DNA from: Halorhodospira halophila SL1
GTDB lineage: Bacteria > Pseudomonadota > Gammaproteobacteria > Nitrococcales > Halorhodospiraceae
Reading direction: 5' to 3'
DNA length: 32,000 nt
Assembly: GCF_000015585.1 (NCBI RefSeq)
Contig: NC_008789.1
Coordinates: forward strand, 900,001-932,000
The notes below the pieces were generated by a model. The model was not told where the DNA came from, ran no database searches, and saw only the letters and a program-made list of their open reading frames with translations. Below, piece after piece: positions 7,147 to 14,448 of this stretch (positions are counted from its first letter, which is position 1; the number at the start of each line of letters is the position of its first letter). The position numbers were made by a program, and so were the translations under genes.

Positions 7147-7204
7147 GGTGCTCAGCGTGGCCGCAACAGCCGTCGCGTGCAAGCGGGCTCGAAGTCCTCG
7201 TCAC

Positions 7205-7238
7205 AACCGCGTGGGCTGGCGTTCCCCGCTGGTGGATA
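7205..7238 (-). repeat. GGGGAAC-core short repeat, copy 2 (inverted)
   Basis: The reverse complement TATCCACCAGCGGGGAACGCCAGCCCACGCGGTT shares the CGGGGAACG.CCA.CCC core with 6619-6652 and 7401-7432. More diverged than the other two copies. Confidence 0.4.
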
Positions 7239-7261
7239 GGGTCGGGTGTCGGAGCCGCGGT

Positions 7262-7333
7262 GGCGGCCTTTAGAGCGCGCTGAGCACCGCAGGTCCGGCG
7301 AGGGATCAGCGAGCGTCAGCGCGGCGAAGCCGC
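7262..7333 (-). repeat. right copy of inverted repeat (contiguous 43-bp + 30-bp blocks)
   Basis: GGCGGCCTTTAGAGCGCGCTGAGCACCGCAGGTCCGGCGAGGGATCAGCGAGCGTCAGCGCGGCGAAGCCGC is the exact reverse complement of the two left blocks, without the hairpin insertion. Confidence 0.9.
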
Positions 7334-7400
7334 GCATTGCGAGCGGCCTCGCCGGAGCGAGGCGCGCAGGGGACCCCGCCGAAGGCGGGGCGCGATCTCA

Positions 7401-7432
7401 GGCCGCGGTCGGGGAACAACCACGCGACCCTG
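7401..7432 (+). repeat. GGGGAAC-core short repeat, copy 3
   Basis: GGCCGCGGTCGGGGAACAACCACGCGACCCTG, a direct-orientation match to 6619-6652. It lies just downstream of the methyltransferase stop. Confidence 0.55.
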
Positions 7433-7453
7433 CCCCGGATCGCGGCCAGCCGG

Positions 7454-8128
7454 CTAGCTGGCCGTCGCCAGCTCCTCCTCCGGCTCCTCCACCGGCGCCG
7501 ACTCCGCTGACGAACCATTGCGGTAATGGACCAACTTCCAATACCCAAAGAAATACGCCGGATGCACCCCCAGGCACTCAAACCCCGGACGCTCCGGCAA
7601 ATCATCCAACTCCATATCCGTCCGGAAACCGAGCAACTTCGACAGGGGCCGGATCGTCTTCTCAAACCCGCGAAGCACCGGATGCCGCGAGGCGAAGTGG
7701 TTGATGATGAAGATCTCGCCCCCCGGCCGGCAGACCCGGCGGCACTCATCCACCAGACGATCCGGATTGGGGACCACCGAGGCGACGTACATCGCTACCA
7801 CCACATCGAACGAATCGTCCGGGAAATCCAGCGCCTCGGCATCCATCTCGTGGAGCGACTCCACGTGATCCAGCCCCTGCTCCGCCACCCGACGGTGGGC
7901 GATGTCGAGCATGTCCGGACTGACATCCACCCCGACGATGGAGACATCCCGCCGGTACTCCGGCAGCGCGATCCCGGTACCCACCCCCACCTCGAGGATG
8001 CGCCGGTCGGGCTCGGCGTTGAGATACTGCATCGTGAACTTGCGCCCCGGGGCGAAGATGCGCCCGAAGAAGCCGTCGTAGTACCGCGCGTAGCGTCGGT
8101 ACGCGTTGCGGATCGAAGAAAGATCCAT
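7454..8128 (-). CDS. class I SAM-dependent methyltransferase, PmtA-like (Rhodobacter-type phosphatidylethanolamine N-methyltransferase family; specific function inferred)
   Basis: EVGVGTG SAM motif, YDGFFG..GR N-terminal motif, MYVASVVPNP and RVCRPGGEIFIINHF. Start trimmed to ATG 8128 (MDLSSIRNAYRRYA...). The upstream 28 codons are Arg/Pro-rich with no homology. Confidence 0.8.
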   Translation of the reverse strand: MDLSSIRNAYRRYARYYDGFFGRIFAPGRKFTMQYLNAEPDRRILEVGVGTGIALPEYRRDVSIVGVDVSPDMLDIAHRRVAEQGLDHVESLHEMDAEALDFPDDSFDVVVAMYVASVVPNPDRLVDECRRVCRPGGEIFIINHFASRHPVLRGFEKTIRPLSKLLGFRTDMELDDLPERPGFECLGVHPAYFFGYWKLVHYRNGSSAESAPVEEPEEELATAS

Positions 8129-8177
8129 GACTCCGCTCACCTCCAAGAATCGGTTCCGGTAGCGCCGGGCCGCCGGC

Positions 8178-9446
8178 TCAGGCCGTGGCGCGCAACGCCT
8201 CGGCAAAGGCATCCACCGCGCGATCGACCTCCTCGCGGCGGATGATCAGCGGCGGCAGCCAGCGCACGATCTGTCCCTGCGGCCCGCAGCGAATCATCAG
8301 CACATCGCGCTCTTCCATGGCCTTGAGCACCCGCGCGGCGCGATCGCCGTCCGGGCGGCCCTGCTCGTCCACCAACTCGGTGCCGTGCATCAGGCCCATG
8401 CCCTGGACGTGGGCGATGGCCGGCTCCTCGGCACACAGGGCGTCGAGCCGGCTGCGCAGGTGTGCGCCCTGCTCGCGGGCGTTCTCCACCAGGCCTTCCT
8501 CTTCGATGACCTCCAGCGACGCCAGCGCGGCGGCACAGGCGACCGCGTTGCCGCCGTAGGTGCCCCCCTGGGAGGCGGGCCAACCGCGCTCCATGATCGC
8601 CTGCGGCGCTGCCACCGCCGAGAGCGGGAAGCCGCTGGCCAGCCCCTTGGCGGTGACCACCATGTCCGGCTGCACGTCGAAGTGGCTGTGCGCCCAGAAG
8701 GCGCCGCTGCGCCCGTAGCCGCTCTGCACCTCGTCGGCGATGAGCAGCATGCCGTGGCGGTCGGCCCGCTCGCACAGGCCCTGCATGAAGGTCCGCCCGG
8801 CGGGGATGTAGCCGGCCTCGCCCTGGATCGGCTCGACGAAGAACGCCGCCGACTCGGCCGGCATCGACTGCGTGGCGAGGATGTGGTCGAGCTCGCGCAG
8901 GCAGAACTCGGCGGTCTCTTCGTCCTCCCAGCCGTACCGCCGGGCATTGGGGAACGGCGCGAACACCGTGCCGCCCATCATCGGCTGCACGCCGGCGCGC
9001 AGGCCGACGCTGGAGGAGGTCATCGACAGCGAGCCCATGGTACGGCCATGGAAGCCCCCCTGGAAGACGATGATGTTGGGCCGGCCGGTGGCCTGGCGGG
9101 CCAGGCGCAGGGCGCCCTCGCACGCCTCGGTGCCGGCGTTGGAGAAGAAGATGCGGTCGATGGCTCCGGGCATGATCTCACCGAGGCGCTCGGCGAGGCG
9201 GAGCATGGGCGGATGGCGAACGATGGCGTACTGGCCGTGGACCAGGGTGGCGGCCTGGCGCTGGGCGGCCTCGACCACCTTGGGGTGGCAGTGCCCGGTG
9301 GCGGTGACGCCGATGCCCGAGGTGAAGTCCAGATAGCGGCGCCCGTCGGTGCCGATGATGTAGGCGCCTTCGCCGCGTTCGGCGACGACGTCGCTGGACT
9401 GCTTGAGCAGGGGGGAGATGGCTCCGGTCTTGTGCGCGTCGCTCAT
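8178..9446 (-). CDS. class III PLP-dependent aminotransferase, GabT-like (4-aminobutyrate / omega-amino acid aminotransferase family)
   Basis: 422 aa, collinear with GabT: YLDF.SGIGV..TGH.HPKVV, GTEA.E.A...AR, F.GGFHGRT, EPIQGE.G, LLIADEVQSG.GR.G, T.AKG...G (PLP lysine), GGTY.GN. Confidence 0.9.
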   Translation of the reverse strand: MSDAHKTGAISPLLKQSSDVVAERGEGAYIIGTDGRRYLDFTSGIGVTATGHCHPKVVEAAQRQAATLVHGQYAIVRHPPMLRLAERLGEIMPGAIDRIFFSNAGTEACEGALRLARQATGRPNIIVFQGGFHGRTMGSLSMTSSSVGLRAGVQPMMGGTVFAPFPNARRYGWEDEETAEFCLRELDHILATQSMPAESAAFFVEPIQGEAGYIPAGRTFMQGLCERADRHGMLLIADEVQSGYGRSGAFWAHSHFDVQPDMVVTAKGLASGFPLSAVAAPQAIMERGWPASQGGTYGGNAVACAAALASLEVIEEEGLVENAREQGAHLRSRLDALCAEEPAIAHVQGMGLMHGTELVDEQGRPDGDRAARVLKAMEERDVLMIRCGPQGQIVRWLPPLIIRREEVDRAVDAFAEALRATA

Positions 9447-9491
9447 GGTGCAGGTCCTCCGCTCGGCCGGTTGCCTTGGCCGTTGACTGCT

Positions 9492-9511
9492 GGGCCGCCG
9501 CGCGGCGGCCC
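9492..9511. terminator. 20-nt perfect GC palindrome (8-bp stem) in the intergenic gap
   Basis: GGGCCGCCGCGCGGCGGCCC lies between the beta-CASP gene stop (9525) and the aminotransferase start (9446). No U-tract, so it could be an RNA-processing or stability element rather than a terminator. Confidence 0.35.
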
Positions 9512-9524
9512 TCTCTGGACTAAA

Positions 9525-10955
9525 CTAGCTTGCTTCGGGCGGCTCTGCGCTGCGGGCGGGCAGCTGGCGCAGGTCGATACTCGCGCCCTCCTCCGGGGTC
9601 TCGACCTCGAGACCGCGCCCGCGCAGCGCCTCGGCGAGGCTGTCCATGGCCCCGGCCTCGCCGTGGACCAGGGCCACCCGGGGGGCCGTGGCGAAGTGCT
9701 CGGCCCAGGCGATAAGCTCCGAGCGCCCGGCGTGGGCGGAGAGCCCGCCGACGGTGTGCACCTTGGCGCCGACCCGCACCGACTCGCCCCACAGGTTGAG
9801 TTCGCTGGCGCCGTCGACCAGGGCGCGCCCCGGGGTGCCCTGGGCCTGGAAGCCGACCATGATGACGTTGCAGTTGCGCCGCCACAGGTTGTGCTTGAAA
9901 TGGTGGCGGATGCGCCCACCGTTGCACATCCCCGAGCCGGCGATGATCAGCGCCCCGGACTGCACGCGGTTGATGGCCATGGAGTCTTCGGCCTGGGGGG
10001 TGAGGCGCAGGTTGGGCAGCTGGAAGCGGTGGTGGTCCGGCTCGGCGTAGAAGGCGGCGGTCTCGGCGTCGTAGAGCTCGGGGAAGCGGGCGTAGACCTT
10101 GGTCGCCTCGATGGCCATGGGGCTGTCGAGGAACACGCTCCAGTCGCCGAGCTCCCAGGCCTCGTAGTGGCGGGCAAGGATGTAGAGCAGCTCCTGGGTA
10201 CGGCCGACGGCGAAGGCGGGCACCAGGATGTTGCCGTGGGAGGCCCGGGCGTTACGGATGATCTCGCCGAGTTCCTCCCAGGTCTCCTCCCAGGAGCGGT
10301 GGTCGCGGTCGCCGTAGGTGCTCTCCATGACCAGCAGATCGGCCTCGCCCACCTCGGTGGGGTTGCGCAGGATCGGCGCCCCGGCGTGGCCCAGGTCGCC
10401 GGAGAAGACCACCTTGCGGCGCTCGCCGTCGGCCTCGATCCACATCTCGACGATGGCCGAGCCGAGGATGTGGCCGGCGTCGCGCAGGCGCACGGTGACG
10501 CCGGGGACCGGCTGCCACGGTTCGTCGTAGGCGTGGCCGACCAGGGCCTCGATGGTCTGCTCGGCGTCGGCGACGGTGTAGGTGGGCTCGACGGGCTCGT
10601 CGTGACGGCGGCGGCGCTTCTTGTTCTCGATGGCCGCGTCACGCTCGGCGAGGAAGGCGGCATCGCGCAGCAGGATGTCGACCAGGGCGGCACCGGCGGT
10701 GTGGGTGTGGATGGGGCCGTCGTAGCCGGAACGCACCAGCAGCGGCAGGCGGCCGCTGTGATCCAGATGGGCGTGGGTGAGCACCACGGCGTCGAGGGTG
10801 GTCGGGTCGAAGGGGAACGGCTCGCGGTTGCGGGCCTCCTGCTTGCCACCGCCCTGGATCAGGCCGCAGTCGATGAGCACCCGACGCCCGCCGGCCTCGA
10901 GGAGCATGCAGGAGCCGGTGACCTGGCGGGTGGCACCGTAGAAGTGCAGTCGCAT
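9525..10955 (-). CDS. MBL-fold metallo-hydrolase of the beta-CASP family (RNA-metabolising, RNase J/CPSF73-like)
   Basis: 476 aa. HAHLDHSG (HxHxDH) motif, a central beta-CASP region, and a C-terminal ..SAHAG.. motif. ATG start. Confidence 0.88.
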   Translation of the reverse strand: MRLHFYGATRQVTGSCMLLEAGGRRVLIDCGLIQGGGKQEARNREPFPFDPTTLDAVVLTHAHLDHSGRLPLLVRSGYDGPIHTHTAGAALVDILLRDAAFLAERDAAIENKKRRRRHDEPVEPTYTVADAEQTIEALVGHAYDEPWQPVPGVTVRLRDAGHILGSAIVEMWIEADGERRKVVFSGDLGHAGAPILRNPTEVGEADLLVMESTYGDRDHRSWEETWEELGEIIRNARASHGNILVPAFAVGRTQELLYILARHYEAWELGDWSVFLDSPMAIEATKVYARFPELYDAETAAFYAEPDHHRFQLPNLRLTPQAEDSMAINRVQSGALIIAGSGMCNGGRIRHHFKHNLWRRNCNVIMVGFQAQGTPGRALVDGASELNLWGESVRVGAKVHTVGGLSAHAGRSELIAWAEHFATAPRVALVHGEAGAMDSLAEALRGRGLEVETPEEGASIDLRQLPARSAEPPEAS

Positions 10956-10970
10956 GGGTTCTGCCTCCGT

Positions 10971-12140
10971 CTACGCGGACGGCGCGCCGGCCGTCCGGAT
11001 GCGTTGCGCCACGGCGCGGCCGACCTCGGCGCAGCCGCGCCCGCCCATACCGTGCTCGGCGATGTCCTCGGCCACGGCGCGCTGGAGCTGCACCGCCGAG
11101 CGGGCGGCCACCGGGTCCACCTCGCCCATCCACTCGAGCATGGCGGCGGCGGTGAGCAGCATGGCTGCTGGGTGGGCGCGATCGGCGCCGGCGATATCCG
11201 GGGCGCTGCCGTGGGTGGGTTCGAACAGCGGCGGTACGCTGCGGTCGGCGGGGTTGAGGTTGGCCGAGGGGGCGACGCCCATGCCGCCGGCGAGCACCGC
11301 GGCCAAATCAGTGAGAATGTCGCCGTGGAGGTTGCTGGCCACCACCACGTCGAACTGCCACGGCTGGCTGACGAACTTCATGCAGCACGCGTCGATGAGC
11401 TCGTGGTGGGTGGCGATGCCGGGGTACTCGGCGGCCACCTCGGCGAACACCTCGCTCCACAGCTCACCGGCGTACTGCACGGCGTTGCGCTTGGTGACCA
11501 CGCACACCGCGGCGTCGGCAGCGCCGTCTGCGGCGGCGTAGCGCGGGGCGCGCAGCCCCTGGCGGCGCTCCTCGGCCCGCCGCGCGGCGCGCTCGAAGGC
11601 GTGGCGGATGATCCGCTCGGTACCGGCGCGGGTGAAGACCTCCAGCTGGGTGGCGGTCTCGCGCGGGGTGCCGGCGGCCAGGCGGCCGCCCTGGTCGACG
11701 TACTCGCCCTCGCTGTTCTCGCGGATGACGAGCAGGTCGGTGTGCAGCGCCCGCGGGTCCGACAGGGGCATGGGGGCGCCGGCCAAGGGCACCGCCGGGC
11801 GCTCGCAGGCCCACAGGTCGAGCCCCTTGCGCAGCTGCAGCAGCGGCGCCAGCGAGACGCCGTCGGGAAGGCAGTAGCGCTGGGCGTCGTGGCTGGGCCC
11901 GGGGTCACCCAGGGCGCCGAGGAGCAGTGCGTCGTAGCCGGCGAGCTGCCCGCGCCAGTCGGCGGGCATCATCTCGCCGTGGTCGCGGTGCCAGGCGTGG
12001 GCGGGCCAGCCCAGCTCGGTCAGCACCAGGGCGGGCCCGGGGAGGGCCTCCAGGGCGTGGCGGGTGGCGGCCATGACCTCCGGGCCGATGCCATCGCCGG
12101 GCATCACGGCGACCTGCCAGGACTCCTGGTTCTGTTCCAT
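10971..12140 (-). CDS. isocitrate/isopropylmalate dehydrogenase-family oxidoreductase (tartrate / D-malate dehydrogenase-like)
   Basis: 389 aa. VAVMPGDGIGPEV N-terminal motif, NLHGDILTDLAA (NLFGDILSD-type) and THGSAPDIAG. Substrate is not assignable from sequence alone. Confidence 0.82.
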   Translation of the reverse strand: MEQNQESWQVAVMPGDGIGPEVMAATRHALEALPGPALVLTELGWPAHAWHRDHGEMMPADWRGQLAGYDALLLGALGDPGPSHDAQRYCLPDGVSLAPLLQLRKGLDLWACERPAVPLAGAPMPLSDPRALHTDLLVIRENSEGEYVDQGGRLAAGTPRETATQLEVFTRAGTERIIRHAFERAARRAEERRQGLRAPRYAAADGAADAAVCVVTKRNAVQYAGELWSEVFAEVAAEYPGIATHHELIDACCMKFVSQPWQFDVVVASNLHGDILTDLAAVLAGGMGVAPSANLNPADRSVPPLFEPTHGSAPDIAGADRAHPAAMLLTAAAMLEWMGEVDPVAARSAVQLQRAVAEDIAEHGMGGRGCAEVGRAVAQRIRTAGAPSA

Positions 12141-12175
12141 GCGGGCCCTCCCCGGGCGTTGTCCGCCGCTGCCGC

Positions 12176-13156
12176 TCAGGGCAGCAGATGCGCCACCGCG
12201 TCACGCTCTTCGGCGAGCTCGGCGGCGGTTTGGTCCATGCGTGCGCGGCTGAAGTCGTCCACCGACAGCCCCGACACGATCTTGTAGTCACCGCCCCGGC
12301 AGGTCACCGGGAAGGAGTAGATCAGCCCCGCCTCGATGCCGTAGCTGCCGTCCGACGGCACGGCCATGCTGGTCCACTCGCCCTCGGGGGTGCCCAGGGC
12401 CCAGTCGCGCATGTGGTCGATGGCGGCACTGGCCGCCGACGCCGCGCTGGAGGCGCCGCGGGCCTTGATGATGGCCGCGCCGCGCTGCTGCACGGTGGGG
12501 ATGAAGGTGTCCTTCACCCAGGCGTGCTCGACCTGGTCGGCGGCCGGGCGGCCCTGGATGGTGCAGTGGCTGATGTCCGGGTACTGGGTGGCGGAGTGGT
12601 TGCCCCACACGGCCAGGCCGCGGATCTCGGTGGAGTGGCAGCCGACCTTGTTGGAGAGCTGCGCCAGGGCGCGGTTGTGGTCGAGCCGGGTCATGGCGGT
12701 GAAGTTCCGCGGGTCCAGATCCGGCGCGTTGCGCTGGGTGATCAGGGCGTTGGTGTTGGCCGGGTTGCCCACCGCCAGGACCTTGACGTCGCGCTTGGCC
12801 ACGGCGTTGAGCGCCTGGCCCTGGGCCGAGAAGATCGCCGCATTGGCCTCGAGCAGGTCCTTGCGCTCCATGCCCGGGCCACGGGGCTTGGCGCCGACGA
12901 GCAGAACGTAGTCGGCGTCTCGGAAGGCCTCTTCGGCGCTGTCCGTGGCGATGATGCCGTCGACCAGCGGGAAGGCGCAGTCCTCAAGCTCCATCACCGT
13001 TCCCTGCAGCGCCTCCTGGGCCTGCGGGATCTCGAGCAGTTGCAGGGTCACCGGTTGATCCTTGCCCAGCATCTCGCCGGCGGCGATGCGGAACAGCAGG
13101 CTGTAGCCGATCTGGCCGGCCGCCCCGGTGACAGCGACTCGCACGGGTGCTTTCAT
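12176..13156 (-). CDS. mdh: malate dehydrogenase (type 2, cytosolic-like)
   Basis: [50 protein letters not shown], and catalytic-His region WGNHS. Start trimmed to ATG 13156 with GAGGAG upstream. Confidence 0.93.
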   Translation of the reverse strand: MKAPVRVAVTGAAGQIGYSLLFRIAAGEMLGKDQPVTLQLLEIPQAQEALQGTVMELEDCAFPLVDGIIATDSAEEAFRDADYVLLVGAKPRGPGMERKDLLEANAAIFSAQGQALNAVAKRDVKVLAVGNPANTNALITQRNAPDLDPRNFTAMTRLDHNRALAQLSNKVGCHSTEIRGLAVWGNHSATQYPDISHCTIQGRPAADQVEHAWVKDTFIPTVQQRGAAIIKARGASSAASAASAAIDHMRDWALGTPEGEWTSMAVPSDGSYGIEAGLIYSFPVTCRGGDYKIVSGLSVDDFSRARMDQTAAELAEERDAVAHLLP

Positions 13157-13197
13157 GGCTCTCTCCTCGTCCGTTGTGATGCCCGCCGGGGCCCGAT

Positions 13198-13995
13198 TCA
13201 CGACCCGGGCCGGGGCGCCGATTGTAGCAGAGGCTCGCCACGCGGCCGCCAACGCAACGGCGTCCCGGGCGCCGCGCCCAGCCGCGCGGCCGCCGACCCG
13301 CTGTTGACCGCCACCTCGACCAGCCCCAGGGCGTTCACGTACCAGAAGGCGGTACCCTCGGGGACGTCGGCGAATTTCTCGGCCTGCCCCAGGGCTTCGC
13401 CACCGATGAGCACATCCGCGTGACTCGGCGCGCTCGCCCCCCGCCGTCCACTGATCAGGTTACCGAAGCCGTCGGTGTAGATCAGCGCATCCCAGTCCCG
13501 CAGCCACTTCTGCCCCACCCAGTGGTCGACCCGCTCGGCGCCGGACGGCGGCCGCCCGGTGGCCGCGACCTGCGCAGCGGCGTCGGCGAACACGTCGCGG
13601 CCGTGGAAGGTCGCCGGGATGCCCGGCGGCGCCGGGGGCAGGCGGTAGGCCTCGACGTCGGCCCCGTCCTGGGCCGCGACGGCGAGCAGGCCGTTGTCCG
13701 GCCCGATCAGCCACCGCTCTTGGGCGCGTAGTATCAGCCCCGGCCGCTCCGTGCCCACCCCCGGGTCCACCACGGCGAGCACGACGGCATCAGCGGGCAG
13801 GTACGGCAGGTTGGCGGCGAGCAGGTACGCGGCGCAGTCGGCCCGGAACGCCGGGGCGTCGTGCATCAGATCGATGACGGTGGGGGCAGGATCGACGGCC
13901 TGGAGCAGCCGCGCGTGGAGGTGCCCGACGTACGGGCCTAGGCGGGTGTAGTCGGTATAGAGGAAGACGGCACCGGGGTGAGCGCGCTGGTTCAC
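13198..13995 (-). CDS. SAM hydrolase / SAM-dependent halogenase family protein (DUF62, SAM hydroxide adenosyltransferase-like); start uncertain
   Basis: [20 protein letters not shown] (TDFG..D.YVG type N-terminus), [18 protein letters not shown]. The only start codon near the conserved N-terminus is GTG 13995. The track ORF start at 14130 would overlap rplQ by about 120 nt. Confidence 0.72.
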   Translation of the reverse strand: MNQRAHPGAVFLYTDYTRLGPYVGHLHARLLQAVDPAPTVIDLMHDAPAFRADCAAYLLAANLPYLPADAVVLAVVDPGVGTERPGLILRAQERWLIGPDNGLLAVAAQDGADVEAYRLPPAPPGIPATFHGRDVFADAAAQVAATGRPPSGAERVDHWVGQKWLRDWDALIYTDGFGNLISGRRGASAPSHADVLIGGEALGQAEKFADVPEGTAFWYVNALGLVEVAVNSGSAAARLGAAPGTPLRWRPRGEPLLQSAPRPGS

Positions 13996-14002
13996 CCCGG
14001 TG
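13971..14002 (-). terminator. 11-bp-stem hairpin 10 nt downstream of the rplQ stop (candidate alpha-operon terminator or attenuator)
   Basis: RNA sense: CACCGGGGUGA ACCAGCGCGC UCACCCCGGUG, followed by the pyrimidine-rich tail CCGUCUUCCUCUAUACC. It lies where rplQ terminators usually sit. Confidence 0.55.
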
Positions 14003-14011
14003 CGCAAGGCG

Positions 14012-14428
14012 TTACGCCTCGGCCGTTTCCTCGGCGTCCTCTTCCGTCTCGCGCCGGGCGGCGATCGCCTCCTCCCGGTCGACGAGCTGGACGAGGGCCA
14101 TGGGGGCGCCGTCGCCCTTGCGGAAGCCACAGCGCAGGATGCGCATGTAGCCGCCGGGGCGCTCCTTGAAGTGCGGACCGAGCTCCTCGAAGAGCTTGGT
14201 CACCATCTCCTTATCGCGCAGGCGTGCGAACGCCAGGCGGCGGTTGGCCGTGGTGTCCTCCTTGGCGAGGGTGATCAGCGGCTCCGCCACGCGGCGCAGC
14301 TCCTTCGCCTTGGGCACGGTCGTGCGGATCTCTTCCTCACGGAAGAGCGCAGCGGCGAGGTTCTTGAACATCGCCTTGCGGTGTGCGTTGTCACGATTGA
14401 GGTGACGTCCGGCTTTACGATGGCGCAT
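14012..14428 (-). CDS. rplQ: 50S ribosomal protein L17
   Basis: [25 protein letters not shown]... is collinear with L17. Acidic C-terminal tail. Confidence 0.97.
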   Translation of the reverse strand: MRHRKAGRHLNRDNAHRKAMFKNLAAALFREEEIRTTVPKAKELRRVAEPLITLAKEDTTANRRLAFARLRDKEMVTKLFEELGPHFKERPGGYMRILRCGFRKGDGAPMALVQLVDREEAIAARRETEEDAEETAEA

Positions 14429-14448
14429 GACGTGGATCCTTTGACAGT

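Noticed and set aside
6524-7333. Repeat-flanked MNT gene as an integron cassette, IS element or CRISPR-like array
   Set aside because: There are no attC-type RYYYAAC/GTTRRRY core sites, no integrase or transposase ORF, and no target-site duplication at the outer ends (flanks read ..GTGTTGGG and GCATTGCG..). The repeats are inverted and occur only twice, so they are not a direct-repeat and spacer array.
5990-7690. GC-skew sign change (plus strand G-rich on the left, C-rich on the right) as a replication terminus or dif site
   Set aside because: The skew is confined to a few hundred bp in two genes rather than being a chromosome-arm trend. I found no XerCD/dif-like sequence with an AT-rich core. 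The nearest resemblance is GCGCATTGCGAGC at about 7331, which lacks it. A terminus 7 kb from the main ribosomal protein cluster would also be atypical.
8385-12287. 1300-aa ORF on the plus strand
   Set aside because: It is antisense to four well-conserved minus-strand genes. The translation is low-complexity (G/A/R/L/V/H/D-rich) with no recognisable motifs. Long stop-free antisense frames are expected in high-GC DNA.
13996-14130. Longer version of the DUF62 ORF starting at GTG 14130
   Set aside because: It would overlap the rplQ coding sequence by about 120 nt. The extra residues (Arg/Pro/Ser-rich) have no family resemblance.
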